Made by a program: the position numbers and the translations under genes. From contig NIVC01001654.1 in the NCBI GenBank assembly GCA_002269645.1, forward strand, positions 1-64,000: 64,000 bases of DNA, written 5' to 3'. The DNA comes from Macrostomum lignano (lineage: Eukaryota). Position 1 is the stretch's first letter, and each line of letters starts with the position of its first letter. The notes below the pieces were generated by a model that worked only from the letters and a program-made list of their open reading frames with translations, did no database searches and was not told the origin of the DNA. This document shows, one piece after another, positions 45,691 through 58,148 of the stretch.

Positions 45691-46110
45691 TAAGGACAAA
45701 ACTTCTAAATCTTGATAAGCCAACTAGTATAACAAGTAATCAATGGTTTTTTATGTATGTTAATATATTTAGTATTTGTACAGAAGATGGTACAAAAAGA
45801 ACACAGGAAAAACATACATGGATAGCATCCGAAAACAGGAGTATATAGCGTTCAAGAATGTTGATTCAAAGCTTTGGTCGAAATCGTCTATAAAAAGGCA
45901 ACAAGCTTAAAACGTGTGCAGGAAAAAGTTTCATTAATCAATATATTGCAGATTAATGTGAATTCAAAACTGGATAAACACAAAGGTATGAGTTTATAAA
46001 GTTATTCCATTCAAAACTGTCATAAATTTTAACTGTATTTCAGCTTGCTGGATAAATATCATATTCTCGATCAAGTATTCTCGAACTGACAACAAAGCTA
46101 CTCAAAATCA

Positions 46111-49100
46111 CTAGACATGGATCCCGCCATCTGAGCCGCGCCGGATTTGACACAGCAGCACGATTGCGCAGATGAGGCACACAATCTGAAAGGTTGGGGT
46201 TGGTCACCTCTTGGGTAGCTTAATTATAAGTCGGTTTTTGTTGGATAGGTGACTTAAACCAGCTTTTAAGGTAGGGTACCTAATTGGGTAGGTTGGTACG
46301 TAGTGCTAATTTGAATAGGCTAGTTAATAGGGTAGGTTGGTTGATTGGGTAGGTTGGTTGGTTGGGTAGGTTGGTTAATTGGGTAGGTTGGTTAATTGGG
46401 TAGGTTGGTTGATTGGGTAGGTTGGTTAGTTGGGTAGGTTGGTTAATTGGGTAGGTTGGTAAGTTGGGTAGGTTGGTTAATTGGGTAGGTTGGTTATTTG
46501 TGTAGGTTGGTTAATTGGGTAGGTTGGTTAATTGGGTAGGTTGGCTAATTGTGTAGGTTGGTTAATTGGGTAGGTTGGTTAATTGTGTAGGTTGGTTAAT
46601 TGGGTAGGTTGGTTAATTGGGTAGGTTGGTTAATTGTGTAGGTTGGTTGATTGTGTAGGTTGGTTGATTGGGTAGGTTGGTTAATTGTGTAGGTTGGTTA
46701 ATTGGGTAGGTTGGTTAATTGTGTAGGTTGGTTAATTGGGTAGGTTGGTTAATTGTGTAGGTTGGTTGATTGTGTAGGTTGGTTAATTGGGTAGGTTGGT
46801 TAATTGGGTAGGTTGGTTAATTGTGTAGGTTGGTTAATTGGGTAGGTTGGTTAATTGGGTAGGTTGGTTAATTGCGAATATTGGAGCAGATATTTTCACA
46901 CAAAATGAAGACCAACAGCACCCACCTGCAGCAGGATGGCAGCAATCACGGTGCCGATCGTGGCGTGAATGAAAGTGCCGCTCACATCGATCAGCCTGTC
47001 CCAGCAGTCCTGCAACGTGAATTAATGTGAATATCACTAGTAAGTACTATTGTCACAGTACATTGCTGCGTTACTATACTTAAGTGGCACAATCGAAAGA
47101 GGTATTAAGCACGCACTTCTTGTACATTCCCCGTCATCCAACTCAAAAACGAATAAATCAGTTGAAGTACAAAGTTATCAATAAAAGTACAAAATATCAG
47201 TAAAAGTACAAATTATCAGTAAAAGTACAAACTAATCAGTAAAGTACAAATAATCAATAAAGTACAACTGACTCTGAAAAAAGTACAAAATAATCAATAA
47301 AAGTACAAATTAATAAATTAAAGCGAAAAAACAGCAAAAGTACAAATGAAACAGCTACCATTTCGTGTATAATTCCTTCCTCTCTGCTCTTCTTCTCATC
47401 CGTAGAGTACGCGCAGGACTCATACTTTGGGCCCTTAGTCAGGGCGCAGCACGAGTCAGGAAATGTTCGAATCTTATCGCCGGAAGATGAAGAACTGCTT
47501 GAGTTGGCGTTGATAACGCGGAACCACGGGGTGCTGTTGAACAGGCTGGGCGACCCAAGGCCACTCCAGCCGCAGCACTGCTCCTAGAGGCAGAAATTTT
47601 AGCATTAAAGTAAATAATTATGCAAACATATCGTCTGCGGTTTGCAGCACTGGGCTTACTAAACACCTGTCACATGGCGCCACAAACACCCAGTGACCCT
47701 TAAAGCTGTCAGGTGGCGCCACAAACACCCATTGCCCTTTACAGCTGTCACATGGCGCCATAAACACCCAGTGACCCCATACAGCTGTCAGATGGCGCCA
47801 CAAACACCCAGTGACCCCTACAGCTGTCAGATGGCGCCACAAACACCTATTGCCCCCTACAGCTGTCAGATGGCGCCACAAACACCTATTGCCCCCTACA
47901 GCTGTCAGATGGCGCCACAAACACCTATTGCCCCCTACAGCTGTCAGATGGCGCCACAAACACCTATTGCCCCCTACAGCTGTCAGATGGCGCCACAAAC
48001 ACCCAGTGACCCCTACAGCTGTCAGATGGCGCCACAAACACCCAGTGACCCCTACAGCTGTCAGATGGCGCCACAAACACCCAGTGACCCCTACAGCTGT
48101 CAGATGGCGCCACAAACACCCAGTGACCCCTACAGCTGTCAGATGGCGCCACAAACACCCAGTGACCCCTACAGCTGTCAGATGGCGCCACAAACACCCA
48201 GTGACCCCTACAGCTGTCAGATGGCGCCACAAACACCCTGAGATGCTTTCTGAAAATTTATTTTTCATAGATATTTTACCTCTCGCTGAATGTTATCAAC
48301 AGCATCGGTGAACAGCCGGCCACTAGGGTCCGTACCGTTGCCATAGAGACTGCGCATACTAACGGCCATTCGATCTTTGGCGAAAGATTTCACCTCTTTG
48401 CTGAACGTGAAGGACAAAATTGCGACAGTAATGTTAGCGATGAGCAGGATGGCCAACAGAAAGGCGTACTGCAATGGAGGAAGGGTGGGATCTCTGATCG
48501 ATGTGATACACAGGGGGTAGACCTTCGATAGAGATGTACATTGGGGGGTAAGACCTTCAATAAAGATGTACATTGGGGGTAGACCTTCAACTGAGATGTA
48601 CATTGGGGTAGACCTTCGATAGAGATGTACATTGGGTGCAGACATTCAATAGATATACATTGGGGGTAGACCTTCAATAGAGATGTACATTGGGGTAGAC
48701 CTTCGATAGAGATGTACATTGGGTGCAGACATTCAATAGATATACATTGGGGGTAGACCTTCAATAGAGATGTACTTTGGGGGCAGACCTTCGATAAAGA
48801 TTTACATTGGGGGTAGACCTTCAATAAAGATGTACTTTGGGGGCAGACCTTCAACTGAGATGTACATTGTGGGTAGACATTCAATAGATGTACATTGGGG
48901 GTAGACCTGTAGACTTTGGGGGCAGACCTTCGATAAAGATTTACGTTGGGGCAGACCTTTAATAGAGATGTACATTGGGGGCAGACCTTTAATAGAGATG
49001 TACATTGGGGGCAGATCTTTAATAGAGATGTACTTTGGGGGCAGACCGTCAAGAGAGATGTACATTGAGTGGCCAGCAGACATGAAGCAGGCAATTCACC

Positions 49101-49387
49101 TCAACCCAACTCACCACAGTCAGCAAGCAAGAGGACTCCTTGCAAGAGCCAGAACAGCCAAACAGTCCAACAAGCAGGATGACGCAGCCGCAGCCAATCA
49201 GAATGACCCTGATGCTTTTCAGAGTTTCCATTGCGGCAATAACGTCGGAAAAACGTCCCAGCTCAGCGCTGGTGCACAGGTAGATTCCAACGCCAAGAAC
49301 TAAAGCGCCAACTAAAAGGAACAAAGCGTTCACAATAATTAAGAATATCTTTAGAAAGAGGCTTGGTTTGCCTCCTCCGCTGGCCAT
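46111..49387 (-). CDS. Tetraspanin C (281 aa; exons 49387-49115, 48468-48280, 47583-47359, 47009-46926, 46185-46111)
   Basis: TM1 VNALFLLVGALVLGVG; FGCSGSCKESSCLL; large loop EQCCGW, FNSTPW, PDSCC, C, DC; four phase-0 introns; closest paralog of B (shared GIYLCTSA). Confidence 0.95.
46290..46873. repeat. 17-bp G-rich minisatellite TTGGGTAGGTTGGTTAA (tetraspanin C intron 4)
   Basis: Tandem units. Confidence 0.95.
47667..48238. repeat. 39-bp minisatellite ACAGCTGTCAGATGGCGCCACAAACACCCAGTGACCCCT (tetraspanin C intron 2)
   Basis: About 14 units with a homogeneous block of 4 TATTGCC variants. Confidence 0.95.
48500..49070. repeat. 29-30-bp minisatellite GGGGTAGACCTTCAATAGAGATGTACATT (tetraspanin C intron 1)
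   Basis: Tandem degenerate units. Confidence 0.92.
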
Positions 49388-49594
49388 GGCTTCAGTTTGA
49401 GCAGCTGAGCTGAAATACATAAGCGGGGGTTGCTTGAGTCTAGTTAAACCTTCCTCAAGATATTGTATTATATGCTGTTAATGATATTATCGTCCTACTA
49501 AAAACTTTTGTCGCGGTTTGAAGCCCTGATGCTAGAGATTCTGAGACCAGCTAAATGCATTTATGAGTAGTGTCAATTGTGATAAACTGGGGAT

Positions 49595-50302
49595 GTCAGG
49601 TGTGCCAAACTAAGAGTGTCAGGTGTGCCAAACTAAGAGTGTCAGGTGTGCCAAACTAAGAGTGTCAGGTGTGCCAAACTAAAGGTGTCAGGTGTGCCAA
49701 ACTAAGAGTGTCAGGTGTGCCAAACTAAGGGTGTCAGGTGTGCCAAACTAAGAGTGTCAGGTGTGCCAAACTAAGAGTGTCAGGTGTGCCAAACTAAGGG
49801 TGTCAGGTGTGCCAAACTAAGGGTGTCAGGTGTGCCAAACTAAGGGTGTCAGGTGTGCCAAATTAAGGGTGTCAGGTGTGCCAAACTAAGGGTATCAGGT
49901 GTGCCAAACTAAGGGTATCAGGTGTGCCAAACTAAGAGTGTCAGGTGTGCCAAACTAAAGGTGTCAGGTGTGCCAAACTAAGGGTGTCAGGTGTGCCAAA
50001 CTAAGAGTGTCAGGTGTGCCAAACTAAGGGTGTCAGGTGTGCCAAACTAAGGGTATCAGGTGTGCCAAACTAAGGGTATCAGGTGTGCCAAACTAAGAGT
50101 GTCAGGTGTGCCAAACTAAGAGTGTCAGGTGTGCCAAACTAAGGGTGTCAGGTGTGCCAAACTAAGAGTGTCAGGTGTGCCAAACTAAGGGTGTCAGGTG
50201 TGCCAAACTAAGAGTGTCAGGTGTGCCAAACTAAGGGTATCAGGTGTGCCAAACTAAGGGTATCAGGTGTGCCAAACTAAGGGTATCAGGTGTGCCAAAC
50301 TA
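49595..50302. repeat. 23-bp minisatellite AG(A/G)GTGTCAGGTGTGCCAAACTA between tetraspanins D and C
   Basis: Highly homogeneous tandem units. Confidence 0.96.
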
Positions 50303-50751
50303 GTAAGCATTTTAACAAAATTAGTAGACAAAGAAGGCACAAATATAGTTAGTAGTATAAGTCAATAAATATTTTATCTATTTATACAATAACTGAGACA
50401 GTAACAAATTCAATTATAAATATAAAAATTCTATTTTGTTGGCCACAATAGCCAGTGTAATCGGCAGCTTGCACAATAAAAGAAACTTATAAATATTTAT
50501 GAACAGAAACAACAGTTTTAATGAATAAACAAATGAATGACAGAAAATGCTAAGTTTTTTTAGCAAGGGAAGCCAGCCTTATTGGAATGTCAACCGCATG
50601 AGTTCATGTAAAAGAGTATGAAAAATTCGACTAAATAAAAAAACAATAAACAAACTACTGATAAGTAAATTATCACAATAAAGCTAAGAATTAAATATTT
50701 TTAGAACAAGATGCAGGTCAAATAGAAATGACCTGACACTAGCAAGTCGGG

Positions 50752-53700
50752 TCAAACGAATTGACCTTTATCATAGACTCGATTATCCAATGAAGAGAAC
50801 GCGCTGATAGCGATGGAGTCAAAAACTAGGCAGATTAACTGAAAAAAATATACATGATTTACGGATTTAGATATGTGGCAGTGTAAACATTTGTATTTTA
50901 ATAAGGAATCTCATCAAAATTCTTACCTGAAAAGTCATTAGCATCACAGATACGCCTGTTGCCGTTCGAAATCCCGTATGGCAAGCTTCAATGAACAGAT
51001 CGATGCAGTCCTTGGAAATGGAAAATTGGGGTAGGAAATCTTTTTGAAAGTTATTTAGATTATTTACATAGAGGCGGACAGAGTGGCTTAGGGTGGGAGA
51101 TAGAGAGGTAGGCTGGGAGATGGAGAGGGTGAGAGATGGAAAGGGAAGCTGGGAGATAGAGAGGTAGAGTGGGAGATGGAAAGAGGTCGGGAGATGGAGA
51201 GGAACGGTGGGAGATGGAGAGGAACGGTGGGAGATGGAGAGGAACGGTGGGAGATGGAGAGGGACGGTGGGAGATGAAGAGGGACGGTGGGAGATGGAGA
51301 GGAACGGTGGGAGATGGAGAGGGACGGTGGGAGATGGAGAGGGACGGTGGGAGATGGAGAGGGAGGCTGGGAGATGGAGAGGAAGGCTGGGAGATGGAGA
51401 GGGACGGTGGGAGATGGAGAGGGACGGTGGGAGATGGAGAGGGACGGTGGGAGATGGAGAGGGACGGTGGGAGATGGAGAGGGACGGTGGGAGATGGAGA
51501 GGAACGGTGGGAGATGGAGAGGAACGGTGGGAGATGGAGAGGAACGGTGGGAGATGGAGAGGGACGGTGGGAGATGGAGAGGGACGGTGGGAGATAGAGA
51601 GGGACGGTGGGAGATGGAGAGGGAGGCTGGGAGATGGAGAGGGACGGTGGGAGATGAAGGGAAAGGGTATTGAAAAGGGGAGGTTAGGATAGGGAGGGCA
51701 AGATGGCTGACTGTGCTCAGAGACAAGGCCCCAAAAGCAGTGGACTCACAGCTGGGTGCATATAGCCAATTCGCCTGGCTAGCAGCTCATTCTCAGCCAA
51801 GGTGCATTTCGAAAGTTTTTCCCTGTCAACGGCAGGGTTGCAGCAGGACTCTGGATAATAAAACAGTTTATGAGTAGCGGAGTTCCCCGAGCCCTGGCGT
51901 CGGAACCAGGGAGTTTCTAGGAAAATGTTGCGCGATCCGACCCGGCCCGACCAGCCGCAGCATGTGAACTGAAATTTGAAAGAATAATTCTATTTAGTTA
52001 TTGTGACTACTGATTCGTTTGCCTTAGTTGCTTTGCGTGCCTTGAAGAAGTTTGACGCGCCGCGTTTCGTAAAGAACAGTTATGGAAATAGAGAGGAGCT
52101 CATGTAAATAGGAAGGGAGAAGAAGGATAGAAAAAGGGGGAGATGGAGAGAAGAGGTGAGAGGAAGATGGGGGAGATGGGAGAGAAGAGAAGGGGAGATG
52201 GGAGAGAAGAGATGAGGGAGATGGGAGAGAAGAGATGAGGGAGATGGGCAGAGAAGAGATGAGGGAGATGGGCAGAGAAGAGATGAGAGGGGAGGGAGAT
52301 GGGGAAGAGAGACACAAGAGGTTAGAGGGATATAGGAGAGAGGGAGATAGGGAGAGGGAGATGGGGAGAAGAAAAGGGAGAGAAGATGAGGAGAGGGAGA
52401 CGGGGAGAGAAGAGATGAGAGGGAGATGGGGGAGAGGGAGACAAGTGGTGAGAGGGAGATGGGGGGAGAGAAATGGGGAGATGGGGAGAGGGAGATGGGA
52501 GAAAATGGGGCAGAGGGAGATGGGAGAAAATGGGGGGAGGAGATGGGTAGAGGGAGATAGGGAGAGGGAGATGGGGAGAGGGAGATAAGAGATGGGGGGA
52601 GAGAAATGGGGAGATAGGTAAGAGGGAGATGTAAGAGTTCAATGCATGATTTGGCAGTTGCACGAAGAAGTACGAAAGCCACAGTGGGCGAAACGTTGCT
52701 ATTTATTTAATATTTAGTCGACAACTGCATGGCGTGGGGGTGGTAGTAAATGTACACTTTGCTTACTACGAGAACAGAGAAGAGGGCGAGAGTGAGAGAG
52801 AGAGAAAGCCGGCTGACGCGCGGGGCCGGAAAAATGGGGTGGGCGCTCTATAGCAAATCTGCAATGGCTCACAGGAGATGGGAGAAAATGGGGGAGAGGG
52901 AGATAGGGAGAGGGAGATAGGGAGAGGAAGATAAGAGATGAGGGGGAAACGATGATAGGAAGGAAAGGTCATAGGGAAAGAGAGGAGAGGGAGAAGATGG
53001 GAGGGGAGCGAAGTTCGGTGAGAACTGCACTGTCTACTATCTTCTGATTTAAATCTGTATCATTTAGAACAAAAGGCAATTCACATTCCAGTGCATGCAT
53101 GTACGCAACCGGTACAACTTAATGAATTTAAGTCAGAATTCATCAAAATTCATTTAAGTTCACGCAACAAGCGTAAAATTGCGTTGCAAAAAAAACGTGA
53201 CAGCAACGTTGATAAAAACAGCTTACCTCAGCTTGAAAAGAATCAACAGCCGCAGTGACGTCATCATCCGCAGTAGAATTTCTACTAAACAATCCATACT
53301 GATCTCTGATGCTTTTGAGAGCCAGTTTAGAGTCGTCAATAGTTCGATACCGACTGGCACTGGCTGCCGCTAATGACACAGCCGACAGGTGAGCCATCAA
53401 TAGCAGAGCCAGCAGGACCAGGTGCTGTCAGGCAGTGTTAGTTATAAATAAAAATTAAATTAAGTCGAGTGTAAACAAAATTAGTTGCGATAGATTTCAA
53501 ACTAATAAACCACTTAAACACTTTATGGCGTATGCATAACTAAAATTAGCTGTTAGGCACAATAAATACGCCTTGTTTTATAATTGCGATCGTCATGTAA
53601 GCTGGGGTACCTAACTAAGGAAATACTACTAAGGTGAATCAGGTGAACATTTATGGACCAGTTTAAAGGCCATTACATTTAGGTATTGAATGACGATTTT

Positions 53701-56700
53701 CAGAGCGGTAAAAAGACGATTCTCAGGGCGATAAAGTGACGATTCTTCTCAGGGCGATAAAGTGACGATTCTTAGGGCGATAAAGTGACGATTCTCAGGG
53801 CGATAAAGTGACGATTCTTCTCAGGGCGATAAAGTGACGATTCTTAGGGCGATAAAGTGACGATTCTCAGGGCGATAAAGTGACGATTCTCAGGGCGATA
53901 AAGTGACGATTCTCAGGGCGATAAAGTGACGATTCTCAGGGCGATAAAGTGACGATTCTCAGGGCGATAAAGTGACGATTCTCAGGGCGATAAAGTGACG
54001 ATTCTCAGGGCGATAAAGTGACGATTCTCAGGGCGATAAAGTGACGATTCTTAGGGCGATAAGGTGACGATTCTCAGGGCGATAAAGTGACGATTCTCAG
54101 AGCCATAAAGTGACGATTCTTAGGGCGATAAAGTGACGATTCTCAGGGCGATAAAGTGACGATTCTTAGGGCGATAAAGAGACGATTCTCAGGGCGATAA
54201 AGTGACGATTCTCAGGGCGATAAAGTGACGATTCTCAGGGCGATAAAGTGACGATTCTCAGGGCGATAAAGTGACGATTCTTAGGGCAATAAAGTGACAA
54301 TTCTCAGAGCGATAAAGTGATGATTCTCAGAGAGATTAAGTGACGATTCTTCTCAGGGCGATAAAGTGACGATTCTCAGAGCGATAAAGTGACGATTCTC
54401 AGAGCAATAAAGTGACGATTCTCAGGGCGATAAAGTGACGATTCTCAGAGCGATAAAGTGACAATTCTCAGAGCGATAAAGTGACGATTCTCAGAGAGAT
54501 TAAGTGACGATTCTTCTCAGGGCGATAAAGTGACGATTCTTCTCAGGGCGATAAAGTGACGATTCTCAGAGCGATAAAGTGGCGATTCTCAGAGCGATAA
54601 AGTGACGATTCTCACGGCGATAAAGTGACGATTCTTCTCAGAGCGATAAAGTGACGATTCTCACGGCGATAAAGTGACGATTCTTCTCAGAGCGATAAAG
54701 TGACGATTCTCAGGGCGATAAAGTGGCGATTCTCAGAGCGACAAAGTGACGATTCTCACGGCGATAAAGTGACGATTCTTCTCAGAGCGATAAAGTGACG
54801 ATTCTCAGAGCGGTAAAGTGACGATTCTCAGGGCGATTAAGTGACAATTCTCAGAGCGATAAAGTGACGATTCTCAGAGGGCAATAAAATGACGATTCTC
54901 AGAGCGGTAAAGTGACGATTCTCAGGGCGATAAAGTGACGATTCTCACGGCAATAAAGTGACGATTCTTCTTAGGGCGATAAAGTGACGATTCTTAGGGC
55001 GATAAAGTGACGATTCTCAGAGGGCAATAAAATGACAATTCTCAGAGCGATAAAGTGACGATTCTCAGAGGGCAATAAAATGACGATTCTCAGAGCGGTA
55101 AAGTGACGATTCTCAGGGCGATAAAGTGACGATTCTCACGGCAATAAAGTGACGATTCTTCTTAGGGCGATAAAGTGACGATTCTTAGGGCGATAAAGTG
55201 ACGATTCTCAGAGCGATAAAGTGACGATTCTCAGAGGGCAATAAAATGACAATTCTCAGAGCGATAAAGTGACGATTCTCAGAGGGCAATAAAATGACGA
55301 TTCTCAGAGCGGTAAAGTGACGATTCTCAGGGCGATAAAGTGACGATTCTCACGGCAATAAAGTGACGATTCTTCTTAGGGCGATAAAGTGACGATTCTT
55401 AGGGCGATAAAGTGACGATTCTCAGAGCGATAAAGTGACGATTCTCAGAGGGCAATAAAATGACAATTCTCAGAGCGATAAAGTGACGATTCTCAGAGCG
55501 ATAAAGTGACGATTCTTCTCAGGGTGATAAAGTGACGATTCTCAGAGCGATAAAGTGACGATTCTGCTCAGGGCGATAAAGTGACGATTCTCAGAGCGGT
55601 AAAGTGACGATTCTCAGGGCGATAAAGTGACGATTCTCACGGCAATAAAGTGACGATTCTTCTTAGGGCGATAAAGTGACGATTCTTAGGGCGATAAAGT
55701 GACGATTCTCAGAGCGATAAAGTGACGATTCTCAGAGGGCAATAAAATGACGATTCTCAGAGCGGTAAAGTGACGATTCTCAGAGCGATAAAGTGACGAT
55801 TCTCAGAGGGCAATAAAATGACAATTCTCAGAGCGATAAAGTGACGATTCTCAGAGGGCAATAAAATGACGATTCTCAGAGCGGTAAAGTGACGATTCTC
55901 AGGGCGATAAAGTGACGATTCTCACGGCAATAAAGTGACGATTCTTCTTAGGGCGATAAAGTGACGATTCTTAGGGCGATAAAGTGACGATTCTCAGAGC
56001 GATAAAGTGACGATTCTCAGAGGGCAATAAAATGACAATTCTCAGAGCGATAAAGTGACGATTCTCAGAGCGATAAAGTGACGATTCTTCTCAGGGTGAT
56101 AAAGTGACGATTCTTAGGGCGATAAAGTGACGATTCTCAGAGCGATAAAGTGACGATTCTCAGAGGGCAATAAAATGACAATTCTCAGAGCGATAAAGTG
56201 ACGATTCTCAGAGCGATAAAGTGACGATTCTTCTCAGGGTGATAAAGTGACGATTCTCAGAGCGATAAAGTGACGATTCTGCTCAGGGCGATAAAGTGAC
56301 GATTCTGCTCAGGGCGATAAAGTGACGATTCTCAGAGCGGTAAAGTGACGATTCTCAGGGCGATAAAGTGACGATTCTCACGGCAATAAAGTGACGATTC
56401 TTCTTAGGGCGATAAAGTGACGATTCTTAGGGCGATAAAGTGACGATTCTCAGAGCGATAAAGTGACGATTCTTCTCAGGGCGATAAAGTGACAATTCTC
56501 AGAGCGATAAAGTGACGATTCTTCTCAGGGCGATAAAGTGACGATTCTCAGAGCGATAAAGTGACGATTCTTCTCAGGGCGATAAAGTGACGATTCTCAG
56601 AGCGATAAAGTGACGATTCTCAGAGCGATAAAGTGACGATTCTTCTCACGGCGATAAAGTGACGATTCTCACGGCAATAAAGTGACGATTCTCAGAGCGA

Positions 56701-57446
56701 TAAAGTGACGATTCTTAGGGCGATAAAGTGACGATTCTCAGGGCGATAAAGTGACGATTCTCAGAGCGATAAAGTGACGATTCTCAGAGCGATAAAGTGA
56801 CGATTCTTCTCAGGGCGATAAAGTGACGATTCTCAGAGCGATAAAGTGACGATTCTTCTCAGGGCGATAAAGTGACGATTCTCACGGCAATAAAGTGACG
56901 ATTCTCAGAGCGATAAAGTGACGATTCTTAGGGCGATAAAGTGACGATTCTCAGGGCGATAAAGTGACGATTCTCAGAGCGATAAAGTGATGATTCTCAG
57001 GCCAATAAAGTGACGATTCTCAGTGCGATAAAGTGACGATTCTCAGGGCGATAAAGTGACGATTCTTATGGCAATTAAATAGCAATTCTCATGACACTTA
57101 AGTGACAATTTTCAGAGCAATAAAGTGACAATTGAGAAGTATAACAAATTCTTACCAGCTGAACAAATCTATAACTTTCTTTAAAAGCTACAACGCATTC
57201 GAGTGCAGCTATAATAATAGCCAGAAATGCACAGAAGACAAAACCAACTCGGATGAGCACAATAGAGTTGATATTCACTAGACCCAGGGATGAGTACCGC
57301 ATTGCATCAAACTGGGTGAACACGCGCCAGCAAACACCCAGCAACAGAGCTCCACCTACTAGCAGTAGTGAGTTGACAACAAATAGACAGGTCTTGATTC
57401 TTGTTCTAACCCATGTTGCAAGATAAGGAGACCACTGAATAACCAT
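50752..57446 (-). CDS. Tetraspanin D (292 aa; exons 57446-57156, 53424-53227, 51968-51750, 51010-50927, 50838-50752)
   Basis: TM1 VNSLLLVGGALLLGV; divergent TM2 (ALECVVAFKES); large loop FTCCGW, FLETPW, PESCC, C, DC; four phase-0 GT-AG introns at the same positions as its paralogs. Confidence 0.88.
51085..51660. repeat. 20-bp purine-rich minisatellite GGAGAGGGACGGTGGGAGAT (tetraspanin D intron 3)
   Basis: Tandem units. Confidence 0.95.
52100..53010. repeat. GA-rich low-complexity tracts (52100-52640 and 52870-53010), tetraspanin D intron 2
   Basis: Polypurine GGAGA/GGGAGAT motifs. Confidence 0.85.
53690..57130. repeat. 23-bp (23-26-bp) satellite GGGCGATAAAGTGACGATTCTCA, ~3.4 kb (tetraspanin D intron 1)
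   Basis: The longest array in the window; multi-monomer blocks recur between ~54870 and ~56450. Confidence 0.97.
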
Positions 57447-57604
57447 TTGTAAGATTATAGCTCAACTGCAATGGAAGTTGTTAAAATGAATTGGAGTCCA
57501 TTAAAACTTATTTAAAGACTAAATTATATTTTTAATGTGATTCACAGTGATATAGGTGATGAATGTGATTCACAGTGATTTTTTAATGTCCCTTTGTAGG
57601 CAGA

Positions 57605-58148
57605 CATGAGCCATGGCATCTCAGCAATTCCTACAATGAGCCATGGCATCTCAGCAATTCCTACAATAAGCCATGGCATCTCAGCAATTCCTACAATGAG
57701 CTATGGCATCTCAGCAATTCCTACAATGAGCTATGGCATCTCAGCAATTCCTACAATGAGCCATGGCATCTCAGCAATTCCTACCATGAGCCATGGCATC
57801 TCAGCAATTCCTACAATGAGCCATGGCATCTCAGAAATTCCTACAATGAGCCATGGCATTTCAGCAATTCCTACAATGAGCCATGGCATCTCAGCAATTC
57901 CTACAATGAGCCATGGCATCTCAGCAATTCCTACCATGAGCCATGGCATCTCAGCAATTCCTACAATGAGCCATGGCATCTCAGCAATTCCTACAATGAG
58001 CCATGGCATCTCAGCAATTCCTACAATGAGCCATGGCATCTCAGCAATTCCTACAATGAGCCATGGCATCTCAGCAACTCTTAATGAGCCATGGCATCTC
58101 AGCAATTCCTACAATGAGCCATGGCATCTCAGCAACTCTTAATGAGCC
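57605..58148. repeat. 30-bp minisatellite ATGAGCCATGGCATCTCAGCAATTCCTACA upstream of tetraspanin D
   Basis: About 18 units. Confidence 0.95.

Noticed and set aside
52660-52700. GAAGAAG...GCCACAGTGGGCGAAACG hammerhead-like string
   Set aside because: Core lacks CUGA and has extra bases before stem II.
57606-58142. (MSHGISAIPT)n ORF with ATG and an upstream AG
   Set aside because: The unit is a multiple of 3, so an open frame is expected. Unit variants are as often non-synonymous as synonymous, and the array ends in frameshifting partial units.
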